A DNA stretch of 64,000 nt. It comes from an uncultured Candidatus Binatia bacterium (GTDB taxonomy: Bacteria > Desulfobacterota > Binatia > UBA9968 > JAJDTQ01). The translations under genes were made by a program, and so were the position numbers. Shown here one piece after another: positions 63,514 to 64,000 of this stretch (the stretch's first letter is position 1; each line of letters opens with the position of its first letter). The notes below the pieces were generated by a model. It saw only the letters and a list, made by a program, of their open reading frames with translations, searched no databases and was not told the DNA's origin. Where the stretch lies: the NCBI GenBank assembly GCA_965215605.1, contig OZ244070.1, forward strand, positions 2,752,001 to 2,816,000, given 5' to 3'.

Positions 63514-64000
63514 ATGGCAGAAACCAGCAGGGCGGCAACGTTGCTCGCTCCGAACAAGCTCGAGATCCGGGAATATCCCATACCCGATATTCCGGACGAC
63601 GGAGGATTGCTGAAGGTCGAGATGGGCGGCGTCTGCGGCTCCGACGTGAAGTACTACCACGGCCGCATCAACCTGCCGCTGCCGATCATCCTGGGCCACG
63701 AGATCCTGGGCCGTGTTGAGAAGCTCGGCTCCAAGGCCGAGAAGATCCACGGCGTCAAGGAAGGCGACCGCGTGATCATGAAGGGCGCCATCGGCTGCGG
63801 CCGCTGCTCCGACTGCCGCCGCAACGCCCAGCGCTTCTGCAGGAACCGCACCAACTACGGCGGCCGCACCACCTCCGCCAACCCGCCGCACTTGTTCGGT
63901 GGGTTCGCGGACTACCTCTACCTGGCGCCGGACGTGCTGATGACCAAGATCAGTGAAGACCTGTCGGCGGAGGCGGCGTCCCTCATCGGCTCGGTCATGG
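63514..64000 (+). CDS. Zinc-dependent alcohol dehydrogenase (partial, runs off the window)
   Basis: SD AAGGAGG; VCGSD, LGHE, CGRCSDC...C structural zinc; absent from the ORF track because it is open-ended. Confidence 0.9.
   Translation, partial: MAETSRAATLLAPNKLEIREYPIPDIPDDGGLLKVEMGGVCGSDVKYYHGRINLPLPIILGHEILGRVEKLGSKAEKIHGVKEGDRVIMKGAIGCGRCSDCRRNAQRFCRNRTNYGGRTTSANPPHLFGGFADYLYLAPDVLMTKISEDLSAEAASLIGSVM

Overview
GC-rich bacterial chromosomal window. Gene order and the transporter/catabolic gene content suggest a deltaproteobacteria-like organism, possibly Binatia (inference only). From left to right: (1) an ilvC-psd-pssA-leuA-leuB-asd-truA and leuCD biosynthetic block; (2) a roughly 20-kb catabolic region with a tripartite tricarboxylate transporter, UbiD, SDR, an acetone-carboxylase-like hydantoinase A/B pair whose B subunit carries a fused gamma domain, a citryl-CoA-lyase-like protein, a double CoA-transferase, a crotonase, a 2-hydroxyacid dehydrogenase and an enolase-superfamily enzyme; (3) a lexA-imuA-imuB-dnaE2 mutagenesis cassette next to decayed toxin-antitoxin genes and a truncated IS3; (4) a Gld-like ABC system, mltD and ccsA-hemA-hemCD-hemB; (5) cytochrome c', a PAC2 protein, a family-B polymerase with a degenerate polymerase site but intact exonuclease motifs, a urate-oxidase-N membrane protein and gor; (6) an operon with three mechanistically different decarboxylase families. 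The most striking observation is a probable leucine attenuator built inside pssA: a near-consensus sigma70 promoter within the pssA coding sequence, an in-frame ATG giving a 38-aa peptide with 10 Leu (several rare codons), and an intrinsic terminator directly before leuA. No rRNA, tRNA or CRISPR array was recognised. All calls come from reading the sequence and recalling motifs; no database searches were run.
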